The position numbers were made by a program, and so were the translations under genes. A stretch of DNA of 64,000 nt, from the NCBI RefSeq assembly GCF_009914755.1, contig NC_060925.1. One strand, 5' to 3'. Positions within the stretch are counted from its first letter, which is position 1. Every line of letters begins with the position of its first letter. Under the pieces are notes generated by a model. It saw only the letters and a list, made by a program, of their open reading frames with translations. It was not told the DNA's origin and ran no database searches. The stretch comes from the human T2T-CHM13v2.0 reference genome, Homo sapiens. Shown in pieces: positions 29,539 through 47,633 of this stretch.

Positions 29539-29708
29539 CAATAAAGTTCTTCAGGGAGAAGAAAAATGATACCAAGTAGAATGTGGGATCTCAAAAAGAA
29601 GAAAAAAGGAAGAAAAAGAGTGCCCAATGTGATAAATACATAGGTAAATGAAAAAAAAAAAAAAGACAACATCGTGTTCTTCCAGATATAATTTTTTGTT
29701 ACCTAAAG

Positions 29709-29917
29709 CAGGGATCATAAACTACAGCCCACAGGATAAATCCTGCCTGCTGCCTATTTTTGTAAATAAAAATATTTTGGAACACAGCCATGCTCACTTA
29801 TTTCCGTCTTATCTATGGCTGCTTTTGTGCTATAAGAGTAAGGTTAAGTAGTTGCAATAGAGACTGTATAGAGTGAAAAATATTTACTATCTAGCTCAGA
29901 AAGTTTGCCAACCTCTG
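29709..29917 (+). mobile_element. MER58A
   Basis: CAGGG...aaactacagccc...aaagtttgccaacctCTG. Confidence 0.8.
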
Positions 29918-29935
29918 GTCTAAATGTATTGTGGG

Positions 29936-30236
<301 letters not shown>

Positions 30237-30619
30237 TCAATGTATTGTGGGATTTATGATGCATGTAGACATATGACAACAACAGCACAAAGAAGGAAAG
30301 CAGAAATGGAGGTGTACCCCTGCACAGTTCTTACGCTATACAGGAAGAAAGACTGGGGTAAGTTAAAGATGTATATGTAGACCCTAGAGTAACCAGTAAA
30401 AAATAGAAATAGAACAAAGAGGCATAGCTAATAAGCTAAGAGCTGAGATAAAGTATAATTAGAAAAAATACTCAATTATTCCAAAAGAAGGCACGAGAAA
30501 AGAAAGAAGATGGGACAAACATGGGGTTGGGGTACAAATGCAGGATAGTAGATGGAACCCAGTTGTATCAAGAATTACATCAAATAAATGGTCTAAACAT
30601 TCCAATTAAAAAGCAACAA

Positions 30620-30778
30620 TTAGGTTGGCACAGAGGCACGTACCTGTAGTCCCAAATACTCAGGAGGCTAAGGCAGGAGGAGCCACTGAGCCCAGGAGTT
30701 TGAGGCTGCAGTGAGCTATTACCACACCACTGCACTTCAGCCTGTGTGACAGAGTGAGACTCTGTCAAAAAAAAAAAA
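30620..30778 (+). mobile_element. Alu right monomer (FRAM/AluJ)
   Basis: Single arm within L1. Confidence 0.8.
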
Positions 30779-31442
30779 TTAAAAATTAAAGTAAAAAGCA
30801 GAATTGTCAGGTTAGCGTCAAAAAACAAAAAAGCAAGACTCAGTCTATGCTGTCTATAAGAAACCCACTTTAAATATAAAGACATAAATAGTTTAAAAGT
30901 GAAAGGCTGGGAAAAGATATGCCATACACACACTAATTGAAAAAAGCTAAAGAGGCTGTATTTATAGCAGACAGAGTAGTATTCAGGACAGAGAATATTA
31001 CCAGGGATAAAGATGAACATCCTATTATGACGAGCAGGTCAATTCTTCAAGAAGACATAGCAAGATTAAATGTGTGTGCCCCTTATAACAGAGCATTAAA
31101 ACACAGGAAGGAAAAACTAGTAGAAAGAGAAAATAGACAAATTCAAAATTATAATGGGAGATTCCAACATCTCTCTCTTATTAATTGATGGAATAAGTAC
31201 ACAGAAAATCAGAAAGGATATAGAAGATTTCAATAACATTAGCAACCAACTTAACCTAATTGACATATATAGAACACTTCATCCAACAATGGCAAAATGC
31301 AAATTCTTTTCAGGTGCTCATGGGACATTCACCAAAACAGACTACATTCTGGCCTGTAAACTAGATCTCAATAAATTTAAAATGATTAAATTCATACAAA
31401 GTATATTTTCTGATCTCAATAGAATTACATTAAAAATTAATA

Positions 31443-31790
<348 letters not shown>

Positions 31791-32013
31791 TTAATAACAG
31801 AAAAAAAAACTGATACTAGCCAGGGTTATCTAGAGTTTGGAGAAACAGCATTGCTGACAGGAAAATTAGCATAAGCTTTCTGAAGGCTAATTTGGCTCTA
31901 TGTACCAGGAATTTAAGATGCACATCCCTCTAATCCAGCTATTCTATGTCTAGACATTTATGCTAAGAAAATAGCCATGGATGTGGGTAAAGATTTCAGT
32001 ACCAGATTGTTCA

Positions 32014-32381
<368 letters not shown>

Positions 32382-32551
32382 TTAAATGTCCAATAATAGT
32401 AGATTAAATGTTTTGATATGTTCAAATAGAATACTATGTCATGATTTAAAATATCTTTATGGAAAAAATATTAGCATGGAAAAACATTCACCATAAAGTG
32501 TTCATGTGAAAGAAGTAGATTATGAAACAATACATACACTATATCCCAATA

Positions 32552-32552
<1 letters not shown>

Positions 32553-32597
<45 letters not shown>
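32553..32597. repeat. (TG)~22 microsatellite
   Basis: Perfect dinucleotide run. Confidence 0.95.
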
Positions 32598-32600
<3 letters not shown>

Positions 32601-32621
32601 AGGCTAAAAAGCATATATTTC

Positions 32622-33323
<702 letters not shown>

Positions 33324-34370
33324 AATATCCTTATGTTAATTCCAGTTATCTCTGACCATGGAATAATGGATAACTATAATTTTATTCTTTGTGCTTCTCT
33401 GTACAATCCAATTTCTCTCTACAATAAATATGTATTGCTTTCAGAATCAATGAAAATAAGTTGCATTTAAGAAAAAATTTTTCTCTTCTTCCCAGTTTGA
33501 AATACATTTTCTTTAAATTCAAGTCTACTGCCACATTAGGCAGGTTTTGTTTCTTTTTTGTTTGTTTAAATGAAACAAGTAACTGTTCAGCAAGTGGCTA
33601 AGAATAACCTCTCCAGGCAGTGGTAAGAAGTAGGAAGTAGGGAAAGAGAGAAAAGAGCTACTCAGGGTCAAAAGAGGCACCGACAGGGTTGGGGGTGGAG
33701 TTCAGAATGCCAGGTTAGCTGCCAAGGTACAGAGAGAGAAAGACAGAAACAGAGAGAAAAGGAGGGAGAGAGAGAGACAGAGCAGAGAGGGAGGGAGAGA
33801 AGAGAGCACACGTGTGTGCTTTGACCAGCAGGCCAGGATGGGGCTGTTTTCCTCTCCTGTGTCTGCCCCCACCTTGCAGGATCATTTGGAGTCATTGCAG
33901 GGCTAGCTTAGCTCTGCCTGAGTCACCCCCAACAGGTAAACTTCTACCAGCAGAGTCTCTCCTTTCGGTTAAAGAGTTGCTTATAGATCTCGTGGTTTTT
34001 CAGTTAACATCCTCAGGATCCCCACTTCAGCTCCCACCTTCTTTCCCAGGTCTGGCCTCCCTAGTCCCAGTTTTGGCTCCATCATCCTATTTCCTTCACT
34101 CCTTTCCTCCAGCTTCTTCCCAGCTTCTTCCCTTCGTGCATCTGCACCTCAGCTTCCCAGTGCTCTGTGTTCACTTTGCTCATCGCTCGGGCTTCAGCAT
34201 CTCCCACTATGTTGGTTGATAATTCCCCACCAGAGAGCCACACACCCCTGAGGAAGAAGGGAGAAGCCAGAGGTTTCTGGAAAATCCAGGAGGCGGAGCA
34301 GGCTGGAATGGAAGGTAGAGACAACCATGAAAGTTGAACACGTCATCTGTGCAGGACCGTTCATACTGAC

Positions 34371-34781
34371 ATGTGGCTTGACACCAGAAATCTGGGTATT
34401 GTAATATCATGTTGGAAAGGAGTTTGTGTGCCTCAAACAACTACTCTAGAGATGTTTTACAATGACAATGATAGAGTAGAGGAATCTTCTAATTCCTACC
34501 AAATCAGAAGGGAATTCCTCCTTCCTGCCTGCCTGCCTGCCTTCCTTTCTTTCTCTACTTCCTTTTCTTTCTTTCTTTCCTTCCTTCCTCTCTCTCTTTC
34601 TCTCTTTCTTCCTTTCTTTCCTTCTTTCTTTCTTTCTCTCTCTCTCTCCCCTTCCTTCCTTCCTTCCTTCCTGAGACAAGGTCTTGCTCTGTCTCCCAGG
34701 CTAGAATGCGATGGTGCAATCATGATTCACTGCAGCCTCAACATCCCAGGCTCAAGTGATCCTCCCACCTCAGCCTCCTGA
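34371..34781 (+). other. TMEM78: TMEM78-like 136-aa single-exon ORF (repeat-derived, dubious protein)
   Basis: ATG-initiated 136-aa [20 protein letters not shown]...DPPTSAS. Length, sequence and position ~21.6 kb upstream of RAB4A fit my recollection of TMEM78. The hydrophobic part is a CT microsatellite and the C-terminus is antisense Alu. Confidence 0.65.
34517..34671. repeat. CT-rich (CCTG/CTTT/CCTT/CT) microsatellite, Alu-tail derived
   Basis: Seen directly; abuts the AluJ tail end. Confidence 0.9.
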
Positions 34782-34971
34782 GTAGCTGGGACTACAGGGG
34801 CTTGCCACCACGCCCAGCTAATTTGCGTGTGTGTGTGTGTGTGTGTGTGTATGTGGTAGAGATGGGGTCTCACTATGTTGCCCAGCTGGTCTCAAACTCC
34901 TGGTCATAAGCAATCCTCCACCTCGGCCTCCCAAAGTGTTGGGATTACACGTGTGAGCCACCATGCCCAGT
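34672..34971 (-). mobile_element. AluJ with (TG)n in the middle linker
   Basis: Reverse Alu; (TG)n 34827-34855. Confidence 0.9.
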
Positions 34972-36182
34972 CTCTATTTCTTAATAGTGTCAGCAACTGA
35001 AAGATATAGAAAAGGAAGTCTGTTTGGTGTGTCTGTTGCCTCCCCAAAATCTTCAGCCTTTGTAGGACAGTGCATCCCACTGGGCAAAACCAGAGAATAT
35101 TCTTTTGTGAGCCCGTAAGTAATTGTCTGCAATAGACATGCAGGGGCCTCTACTGTCATCTCTTATGCAACTGAACTTCCTAAAAACTGTGGTGTTTATC
35201 TCTTCTGTTGCTCAGCACTGCTGGGACTGGGACTGCAAAAAACAAAAAAGCACCCAGGTTTACTGCCCTTAAAAAACTGACTGCTAGAGGAGATGAGCAT
35301 ATACATGACAGGATGTGATAAGATATTAAGCAGAATGTGATCAGAATCATAGGAAGTATATACAAAAGATGGGAACACTAATAGAGGTGACTACAACCAC
35401 CTGCTTTGTAGAGGAGATGACATTCAAGCTGAGTTTTAAAGGATGAGTAGGAGTTGGCCAGAAATGGAGAGGGAGAATAAACCATGGGGAAGTAGTACAC
35501 AGGCATGGCATGTTTAGAGCATTTTTGGAGCAGGGTAACCAGAATATACTGGAGGTTGCTAGTAGAGGAGATTGGAAAAGAAAGGGTCAGATTATTAATG
35601 GATTTACGTATTATGCAAAGAAGTTTATATTTGACCCTTTTTTTGACAATCTGGCATTTAGCCTTATCATAAAATAAAGATCTCTCAATGCTTCACATAG
35701 AAACTTCATCTGATCTCTTGAGGATCAAAAAATGGCTTTCTGGGTTTTTTTTCTTTCTCTCTCTCTTTTGTTTTTAATATCTCACATATACTTTAACCAC
35801 CATAAATTCAAGTTTTCTCTTACTCAGACATGAGTTGCTTAACAATGGAATAATTCATTTCTTTATTTCTCAACATTGCCCTTTTGAAGGTTTTAGGTTT
35901 TAGGTTTTCTAAAACTCTGAATACTTTTGGCTATCATTATCCAGGGAAAGCCTGAAGACACTCCAAAGCACAAGGACAAAAGAGACCTTGTTAGATCTAA
36001 TTAAGCGCTCCAGCACCAGGGGCACGGGGAGCAAGAGAAAAATACAGAGTCAGAAACTGAGCCGAGTTCTATGGTGGTACAGAGTGAGGCCTGCTTCACT
36101 GTGGGCTGGGGCTGGGGCAGGGAGGCCTTCATCTTGCTCTAAGCTGTGCAAAGTACCTCCCACGAGGCTAAGTATAGAGCTA

Positions 36183-36506
<324 letters not shown>

Positions 36507-36739
36507 TTAATAAACTCTCTCTTATCCTGATCCTCCTTCCTCTCCTCCTCCTCCTCCCACCACCACGTCTCTCCTCATTCCAGGTGGCTTTAAATATCAA
36601 CTGTATAATAAAGCCTCCAACGTGTATTTCCCCAACCTTGACCTCTCTTGACTCATACATCCATCTGCCAACTCAACATCCCTCTGTGATAGTTAACAAG
36701 CAGCTTATGCTCTACAAATCTTGATTTCTGCATCCTTCA

Positions 36740-37285
36740 CGTGGCAGACGACATTGACCAAAGATGGGCACAATACCTCCTATCCCACATGTTCTTCTAC
36801 AATGTGACATCGACACCCTCCCATCCAGGGCCAGGGTCCGTGTCTCCTTCCTTTGAACTCGGACCAATCTTCGTGACTCCTTCAAGCAATAAAGGACAGC
36901 AGAAATGAGACTATGGGAGTTCTGAGGCAAAGGCATGAAAATGTCACCTGCTTCATATCTTGTTTTCTTGGGAGGCCACTTTTGGAGCCCAGCCGCCATG
37001 CCATGAGGGAGTGAACCCCAACACGAGGAGGTGCAGGAGTTCTGGCTGACATCGCAGCTGACGGCCCAGCTGACAGCCAGCATCCACAGCCAGACGTGTG
37101 AGTAACAAGCCTCAGATGGCTCCAGCCAACCTTTGAGCTGCCCTAACTAATCTCACCTGCAGCCGTCCCCATCGAACCCTGCCCAGGCTGCAACTGGTGA
37201 GCAAATCAAATGATTGCTGATGTTTCATGCCACTAAGTGCAGGATGGTTGGTTTGTTTGTCACTCAGCAGTAGATAACTGAAACG
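36740..37285 (+). mobile_element. MLT1G/H-like MaLR LTR inside L2
   Basis: aaagatgggcaca, gccactaagt, cagcagtagataactgaaac end motif. Confidence 0.75.
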
Positions 37286-37329
37286 CATCTGCCGAAAACC
37301 TTCTCTGATTATAGAGCCATTATCTACTC

Positions 37330-38120
37330 CACTGCTCAGGAAAAACCCCACTCTTCATCTCCCAGCAAATCCAGTGGATTCTGCCTTCAATTATATCCAG
37401 AATCCAGCCATTTCCTGTCACCTCCCTCCCCATCCCCCGCAAGCCTCTATCATCTTTCAGGATGGGCAACAGCCCCTAATGGCTCCCCACGTCTGGACTT
37501 TGTCCCTTACAGCCTAGTCTCCATGAGTCTTTAGCATCCTAGTGCCTCTTGTTAGTAACTGTCTTGTGCCCTATCCCTTAATCGCATCAGGTCTCACTCA
37601 GAATTTAAAAATAGAAAAATGCTTTCAGTGGCCTACAAGACCCCATATTCTGCCCTACACAGCCTGGTTCACTCCCCATTCCATTGATCTCCCTGCCCCG
37701 GCTGCTGTCCCTGCAGGCCCCATCAGTATGCTCCCATCTCAGGGTCTTTGTCTTCTGGAGGGCTCTTCCCCCAGATACCACAACCTTTGCTCCCTCCCTT
37801 CCCCTTCGGTCTGGGTACAAATGTCTCCTTATGGAAGAATCCTGCAGGCACCCTACTGAAAGCAGAACTATGGCTTCCCCCGCCCTCTCGCCCTCCAGGC
37901 AGGCCCAACCCCCCTCACCATTCGTTTTTTTCACTTACTTATCACCGCTGATGTGCTATATATTTACTTATTTGCCACATCTGTCTCCTCCCACATGCAA
38001 GTATTGCTCCATGAGGTCAGGAACTCTGCTTTCTTTACTGCTGCATCCCCGGGAACCCTAACAGCACCTGGAATTAATGAGCATGCAATGTGTACTTGCC
38101 GAGCAGATGTGAATGAATTA
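37330..38120 (+). mobile_element. L2 3' region
   Basis: tatatccagaatccagcca, cagggtctttg, gctccatgaggtcaggaac, gaatgaat end. Confidence 0.7.
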
Positions 38121-38702
38121 CTTTGAAACTGACGCCAAAGGGCACCATCAACACAGAGGTGAGTGAGTCAGAATAGTCCCGCCTTTGTTCCCGCTCCCTT
38201 AGGATAGTTTCTCTTTACTTGACTTCTTTAAAAGAAAATCCATCAACAAGTTAATCACAAGGAAAATACTGACGGATTTTCCTCATTGCCAGACATTTAG
38301 AAAATATTCTGCATCTTTCTTCAGCCTCTAGGCTTCCTGACATTCCTTGAAGATGTTAGATCTAAACAAGCACCTGAGACAACTACTTCACTGAACTAAA
38401 CACATGTAAATATAATCTTGATGACGCTGCCTTAGAGGTAGAATTATGTACCTCGAAGTCACTGAGACTTTCTGCTACTCTAGAAACCACTTCCTGTGTT
38501 AAGTGCAAAATAGGCATGATTTTATCTGTGTTCAGAAAGAAAAGTCAGAAAATTAAATTACAGTGATAGCTTATCTTATGCACAGGGCATTTTTCTTTTA
38601 ACAACTAGAAGCTTTAAAAATCGAATATGTAATTTATATACCTTATAGAAAGATTTTAAAACATACATTAAAAAGTAAATAAAAATAATTTAAAATCCCA
38701 GA

Positions 38703-39066
<364 letters not shown>

Positions 39067-39189
39067 TTACCACTTTGTCGATGTATCCATCTACATATTT
39101 ATATTTTTTCTTATTAAAATGGAGCCATACCAAAACAACTGCTTGAAGTCTGTTTGAAGTCAGCTTTGCCCTTTAAGATTTCGAAGGTA

Positions 39190-39486
39190 GGCCAGGCGTG
39201 GTGGCTCACACTTGTAATCCCAGCACTTTGGGAGGCCGAGATGGGCGGATCACCTGAGGTCGTTAGTTCAAGACCAGCCTAGCCAACATGGTGAAACCCT
39301 GTCTCTACTAAAAATACAAAAATTAGCCAGGCGTGGTGGCATATGCCTGTAATCCCAGCTATTCGGGGAAACTGAGGCAGGAGAATGGCTTGAACCCAGG
39401 AGGTGGAAGTTGCAGTGAGCCAAGATAGTGCCACTGCACTCCAGCCTGGGCAACAGAGTGAGACTCCATCTTAAAAAAAAAAAAAA
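39190..39486 (+). mobile_element. Alu (AluSx-like)
   Basis: Dimer. Confidence 0.95.
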
Positions 39487-40934
39487 ATTTCAAAGAGGTA
39501 GAACCTTTACAAGTCTTCAACATTGTCTGTAGGGAGAAGATCTCAACACGCAGCTCAGGACATCCAGCTCCTGGTCCCTATTCAGCACAACATTAAATGA
39601 CAAGACCTTGGGTAGAAATACTTTCATTCTCAGAGTGTCAATTTCCCTGCCTGTTCAAATGAGACAGGTTAACTACAAAAGCTAGGCACAGATCAACTCT
39701 GTGGCTTCTCCCCTTGGGTGCCAAAATGTTAAAGCTTTGAAAATGGCAGAGTATTTTCAGGTGTGGCATCACACTGCCACCCCTAGGCTCATGAGAGATA
39801 TCCTAAAAAGACTGAAGCCTCAAGAAGCCCTAGATCCTAGCTACATTTATTCAAAAGCTGGATAATTTACATGCTAGGGGGAATTCTTACAGAAAATGCC
39901 ATTCATTCATTCATTCACTCACTCAACAAATATACAGTGAACACCTATCCTATGAAAAGCTAGATTTATAAAAAGGTTAGAAAGGCATGACTGATATTTG
40001 CCTTCAAGAAACAGTCTAGGGGTAGTAAGTATATAGGTGAGTACATGAGAAATTATGACACAGCCTGGTGGTTGCCGTGGAATATGTGAAGGAGCACTGG
40101 AAAGTCATAGTTCAGGAAAAGATCATGGAAGAAATGACACCCTGAGTCTTGAAGAAGGAATAGGATATCAGAGCACAATGATTAGAGAAGGTTGGAGGAG
40201 GAGGACAAGATGGGAAGAAAGGACCTTTAAGGTAGAAAAAGCTTCCTACACAAAACCCACAGCATGTCTGGAAATGATGAGTGGTTCTGAAGCAACAGAA
40301 AGGAGCGTGCCTGGCAGTAGACAAGAAGGGGCAGAAAGCGGGGTGGCCAGGCCTGGAGGGATGCCAGCTTCAGAGTCAGAAGAATCCGGGCTCCCCTAAA
40401 CTCAACCATTCACTTGGGGGTGTGGGGGAGATGAGGCAGGTGCTGAATCGGCCAGATTTCAGCTCTGAGCTTCTCCTTATCTCTAAAATGGAATCATAAA
40501 ATCCACTCCTTGCAGAGTTCTTCTAAGAATTAGGAAGAAAGTGTGAAAAGTGTCTGCCATGTAGAAGACATTCCATGTGATGATAAGGTTATTGTTATTA
40601 AAAGTAAGTTGGAGTCAGATCATGGTGTGCTAAAGAAGTTTTTTATCCTATGGACAGTGGGGGTCACAGAAGGATTCAAACAGGGAATTACACAATTTGA
40701 TTCACGTTTGACAGAGCTCTCTGTGGATCCAATTGGTACTTAACCTTGGAGCCCCTTGAAATTCTATCTAGAATATTCTGTGTAAATGCATATGTGTACT
40801 TTACTCAGGAAGAGTCCCTAGTTTTCATTAGGCCACAGTGAGCCTGTGACTCCATACAGGTTGAGAATCACTGACAAGAGAAAAAATACATTGGGCATGG
40901 TGAGGTGGGCAGGAAGGGGAGGTGGAAAGAATGA

Positions 40935-41221
40935 GGAGATGCCATATTGTAAAAATACTCACCAGACCTGTGAAGACGACCACATGGAGAGGAACTGCAG
41001 CCTCCTGCCGACAGCCAGGTGGGTGAGCCATCTGGGAAGTGGGTCCTCCAGCCCCAGTCTAAACCTCAGGTGACTGTAGTCTCACAAGAGACTCCAAGTG
41101 AGAAGCACCCAATTAAGTTGCCCTTGACTCCTGATCCACGGAGACCGTGTGAAAGAATAAGCTAATCATTTGAAGCTACTAAGTTTTGGGGTTCATTATA
41201 GAGCAATAGACAACTGATACA
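40935..41221 (+). mobile_element. MLT1 LTR 3' part
   Basis: ccacatggagaggaactg, gctactaagttttgggg, gcaatagacaactgataca. Confidence 0.75.
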
Positions 41222-41341
41222 TTCCTTTAAGTGTTACCACAACTCCATTTCTGGGCATCACTGCCTTTGGCTCATTTGAGAGTCAAGTTTTCATGAGAAG
41301 CTTCTTTGTAACATTTCCACTCACAGACCCTGGCAAACTGA

Positions 41342-41674
<333 letters not shown>

Positions 41675-41953
41675 TAATCACTCCGCTCTACTACCTCCCA
41701 CCTTCCTTTCTTTGTGTAATAAGATTGCAGTACACAGTGCTGTACAATAAACAAAATATTTTTATACACATAGTCACACTTCATCCTCACAGGGATCCTG
41801 AGGCAGGAGAACAGTTACTTTTGTATTTCTCCATTTTGCAGTTTATAAAACTGAGGCTCAGAAAAATTGAACTTCTTTGCCCAAGGTCATTCAGGTACTA
41901 AGTGGTAGCTGGGACTCAAAGCAGTTCTTCCAACTCAAATCCCCATTTCTTTC

Positions 41954-42722
<769 letters not shown>

Positions 42723-43984
42723 GCATTTTCATAACTCATATTTTCCCTTAACAGACAATCTTTAGAGCATCGTTGGACTGTGCCTAAACTGCAAATTCTT
42801 GGAATCACCCTGCTGGTGCTGGCCTTGTCACAAAGCACAGCCTGGGAAAGGAGCATTCCAGAAGAGTATGTCAGTGAACCCACCAGGGGGCACTATGTGA
42901 CCAGAAAATAACCCCAAAACACCAGCGGTTGCATTAAATTCCATTCTGTTAATGAATATTGTTTCTTAACTTTATTTCTTAAATCAGCAACTTCACATTT
43001 GATAAAGAGTCAAGGATTTCCTGATACTCGAATCACAGATTTCTGAGCAGCTTTAAAACTCATTGTTCCCCTATATGTAGCAGTGGATTGCTAGTAGCCC
43101 TACCAGGTCCTTGAATTGCTCTGGAATGCCAGGTGGAGCTAAATTGAGGGGTCAGGAACTCCTCATTGGATGTGAGATTCAAGTGAGACCATATATCTAA
43201 AAATAAGTTGAAGAGCAGGATAGCCAATCTCTGCAGGATTGGGGTCAATCTATCTCTGGGAAGTAATGTTCAACTCTAAGCAAAGCTGCACAAGAAGAGA
43301 AATCTGCATTCGGCACTGCTTCCTGGCTGGCCCCACTGCTCCTCCCTTCCTTCCTGTTCAGACACATGTCCCACAAACTTGCCCCCAAACCCCATTGCCT
43401 ACCAGGTCCCAAAGAGGCCCCAAGTTCCAAAGCCACTTCCCCCACAAGCACAATTTCCAGTTTCCTTAAAGTCAGCAGTAAGGAAAGGCCTCTCCTTAAC
43501 TGAAACAAAACGTGAAATTCTTTTGGGCAAATCAAGAAGGGATCTGGAAGGAAAACCCACAGGGCAGCCTCAGTATCAGCAGTCCCTGAGTCCCGCCCCT
43601 GGGTGGTGAATCTGTTCCTTGGGATTCTGGCATTTCGCCTTAACACAGAAGGCGCTCTTCTGGGCTGATTAAAAGGCTCGGCATATTCTCTCCATGGTTA
43701 TCCTTACTGTGTGCTTATAGGTGGTGCCAGCACTCATTCATTCATTCCACAGATGTTTGTTGGGCACCTAAAATGTGCCTGACACTGGGACAGATGCTAC
43801 AGGAGAAAAAAAAAAAAAGAAAGCTCAAGTCTCTCCCCTCAAAGATTTTACATTATCAGCTCAGAGAGCTCCAAACTCCTTGCCCAGCCAATACCCAACA
43901 ATTCCTACAGAATGGGGGCAGGGGGAGTAAATTTTTAAAAGAAACTGAACAGATAATGTTTTAAGGAGGAAATCAACCATCTCA

Positions 43985-44435
<451 letters not shown>

Positions 44436-44682
44436 TCATTTAGCCCATAGTATGTTTCTAACCCATAGATATTTCTAACTGAGAAATATCTCCGAGCAAC
44501 ATGTCCTCACTGCTCAGACATAAGGATTTTCTCACTCACTGCATTTAATGCTGTATTCAATCTCTGCTGTTCTCTGTTCCATTTTCCACAAGTGGCAGTG
44601 CCTTTAGGAACAAAACCATTCCTCAACCCCCAGCAGGATTTCTCCAAATGTGGGACCACCTGCATTAGAAATACCTGGGGTC

Positions 44683-45240
<558 letters not shown>

Positions 45241-45838
45241 AGGAAGGTGACATGGTGCGACACCAGAGTTTGATTGCATGCCTGCTGACCTGGCTGCTAG
45301 TCCACACAATTTCAGGGAAAGGAAGAGAAAGTCTAATGACTCTGACCTAAATCTCTCTCTCTCCTGTAAAGTCACAGGGAACATCAATAAAGCCAGGAAG
45401 CTTTTTCTATTAGGCCTCATTAGTCTTCCATTAAAGGGCACATTTCACCAAGCTGATAGATGGAAATGGTATTGGCTACTGTCTGGTGGAACACAAATGA
45501 AGATGTTTGAAAGGGCAAGAAAGACAGGCTGCTGAGAGGTCTAGAGGTGGAGCGTATGGTGGGTGGTCTGTGCAGTGGGGAAACCCCCACCTTAGTTTCC
45601 TGGAGTAGGTTACATCTTCCCATGTGAAAGCCAATAATCCGTTACCAAAACGTCTCAAAATGAGTCCACAAAGGGCTGGAAAAAGGCATAAAGGAACTCT
45701 TGGGGGTGACAGAAAAGTTCCATACTGGGACGAGGTTGAAGTTGTCGCATGACCGTGTACATTTGTCAAAACTCATTGTACACTTAAAATTGGTGAATTT
45801 TGTTGTATGTAAAATTATACCCCAGTAAAGCTGATTAA

Positions 45839-46184
<346 letters not shown>

Positions 46185-47336
46185 CGGAGAATTTTTTTTT
46201 AAGCAGTTCTTGTGAAAACTATCTTTTAAATAAGAAACCAGGCTGAAAACAGGCCATTTAATTTGAAACACAGTATCGAAAATAAATAAGTAAATAAAAG
46301 ATAATTCTATGGTACTTTTATCAGAATATGGAGGAAACACATAAATATAATTAAAAAGAAAAGAGGAACCAGAAAATCCTCTTTTTCTGAATACAAAACA
46401 AGAATTTAAATGACTCGAATGAATAATCCCTGGGTATCAATGCTGTTAAATGCAGAAATAAGCAGAGATGCATCACATTAGAACTGATGGAAGATTTGCT
46501 GGTAACTTTCAAATGAGAAGATGAAGGTAGGAAATTATCGTATCACTGAACTCAAGAACTCTATCCACAACTCTAGCCTTGGCTTAATGTTGTAGACTGT
46601 TATTTGCAGCATATTCCTGTTAGATAAACAAAATCTCTGTGCTTTGGAGGATGACAGACTCAAAGATTTGAGTTTCATATTAGAGAACTGGATGATAACT
46701 TCAGGACTATTTTCTATCTTAAAGCTAACCTGAGCTTATGCTGAATTTATAGAAGTGCTCTGGGAATGTTTTCTACCACAAACCCTTTCTCATCTGTGTC
46801 TCCATACTTATTTGGCATCACAGTGCAATAAAGAGCCCTGGTTTGGATGTCACCCTTGACTATAATATAAAGATAAGAAGAGCAACCTTGTCAGGTGGTG
46901 TAAGGATCAAGGGAAGTGACATAAAGCACCCAGAACAGGGCCTGGCTCAACAGAGCGCTGTTTTCCTTAGGCATTAAATAATTCAATGCCTTTTGAAATC
47001 ATAGCTCTGTGTTTTGGGCTTTTTATATTGCATTTTTAAAAGGAGAGGTGTCAGTTTGGTTTGGTTTGAGATAGCAATTCCAACATTGATACATACTAGC
47101 TGTGGAAACTGGACAAAATATGTAATCCATTTGGGCCTTTGTTTCTTCATCTGTAAAATGGGATAATACCTCCCTTATAAACCTGTTGTAAGAATTAGGT
47201 TTTCTAATACATGTAAAGCACTTAGCACTATACCTAGTGTTTATCAAGTACTCAATAAATTATACTAGTATTAGACGATACTTTAGTTTTATTATAGCCT
47301 TCCCACAATCACTTGGTAGCATATAAGAGATCCACT

Positions 47337-47633
47337 ATTTTTTTTTTTTTTTTGAGATGGAATCTCTCTCTGTCACCCAGGCTGGAGTACAGTGGTGTGG
47401 TCTTGGCTCACTGCAGCCTCTACCTCCGGGGTCAAAAGATTCTCCTGCCTCAGCCTCCCAAATAGCTGGGATTGCAGGCATGCACCACCACATCCAGCTA
47501 ATTTTTGTAGTTTTAATAGAGACAGGGTTTTACTATGTTGACCAGGCTGGTCTCAAATTCCTGACCTCAAGTGATCCGCCTGCCTCGGCCTCCCAAAGTG
47601 CTGGGATTATAGGTCTGAGCACAGAGCCCGGCC
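47337..47633 (-). mobile_element. Alu (S-type)
   Basis: Reverse Alu; TSD ~AGAGA(T/C)CC. Confidence 0.95.
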
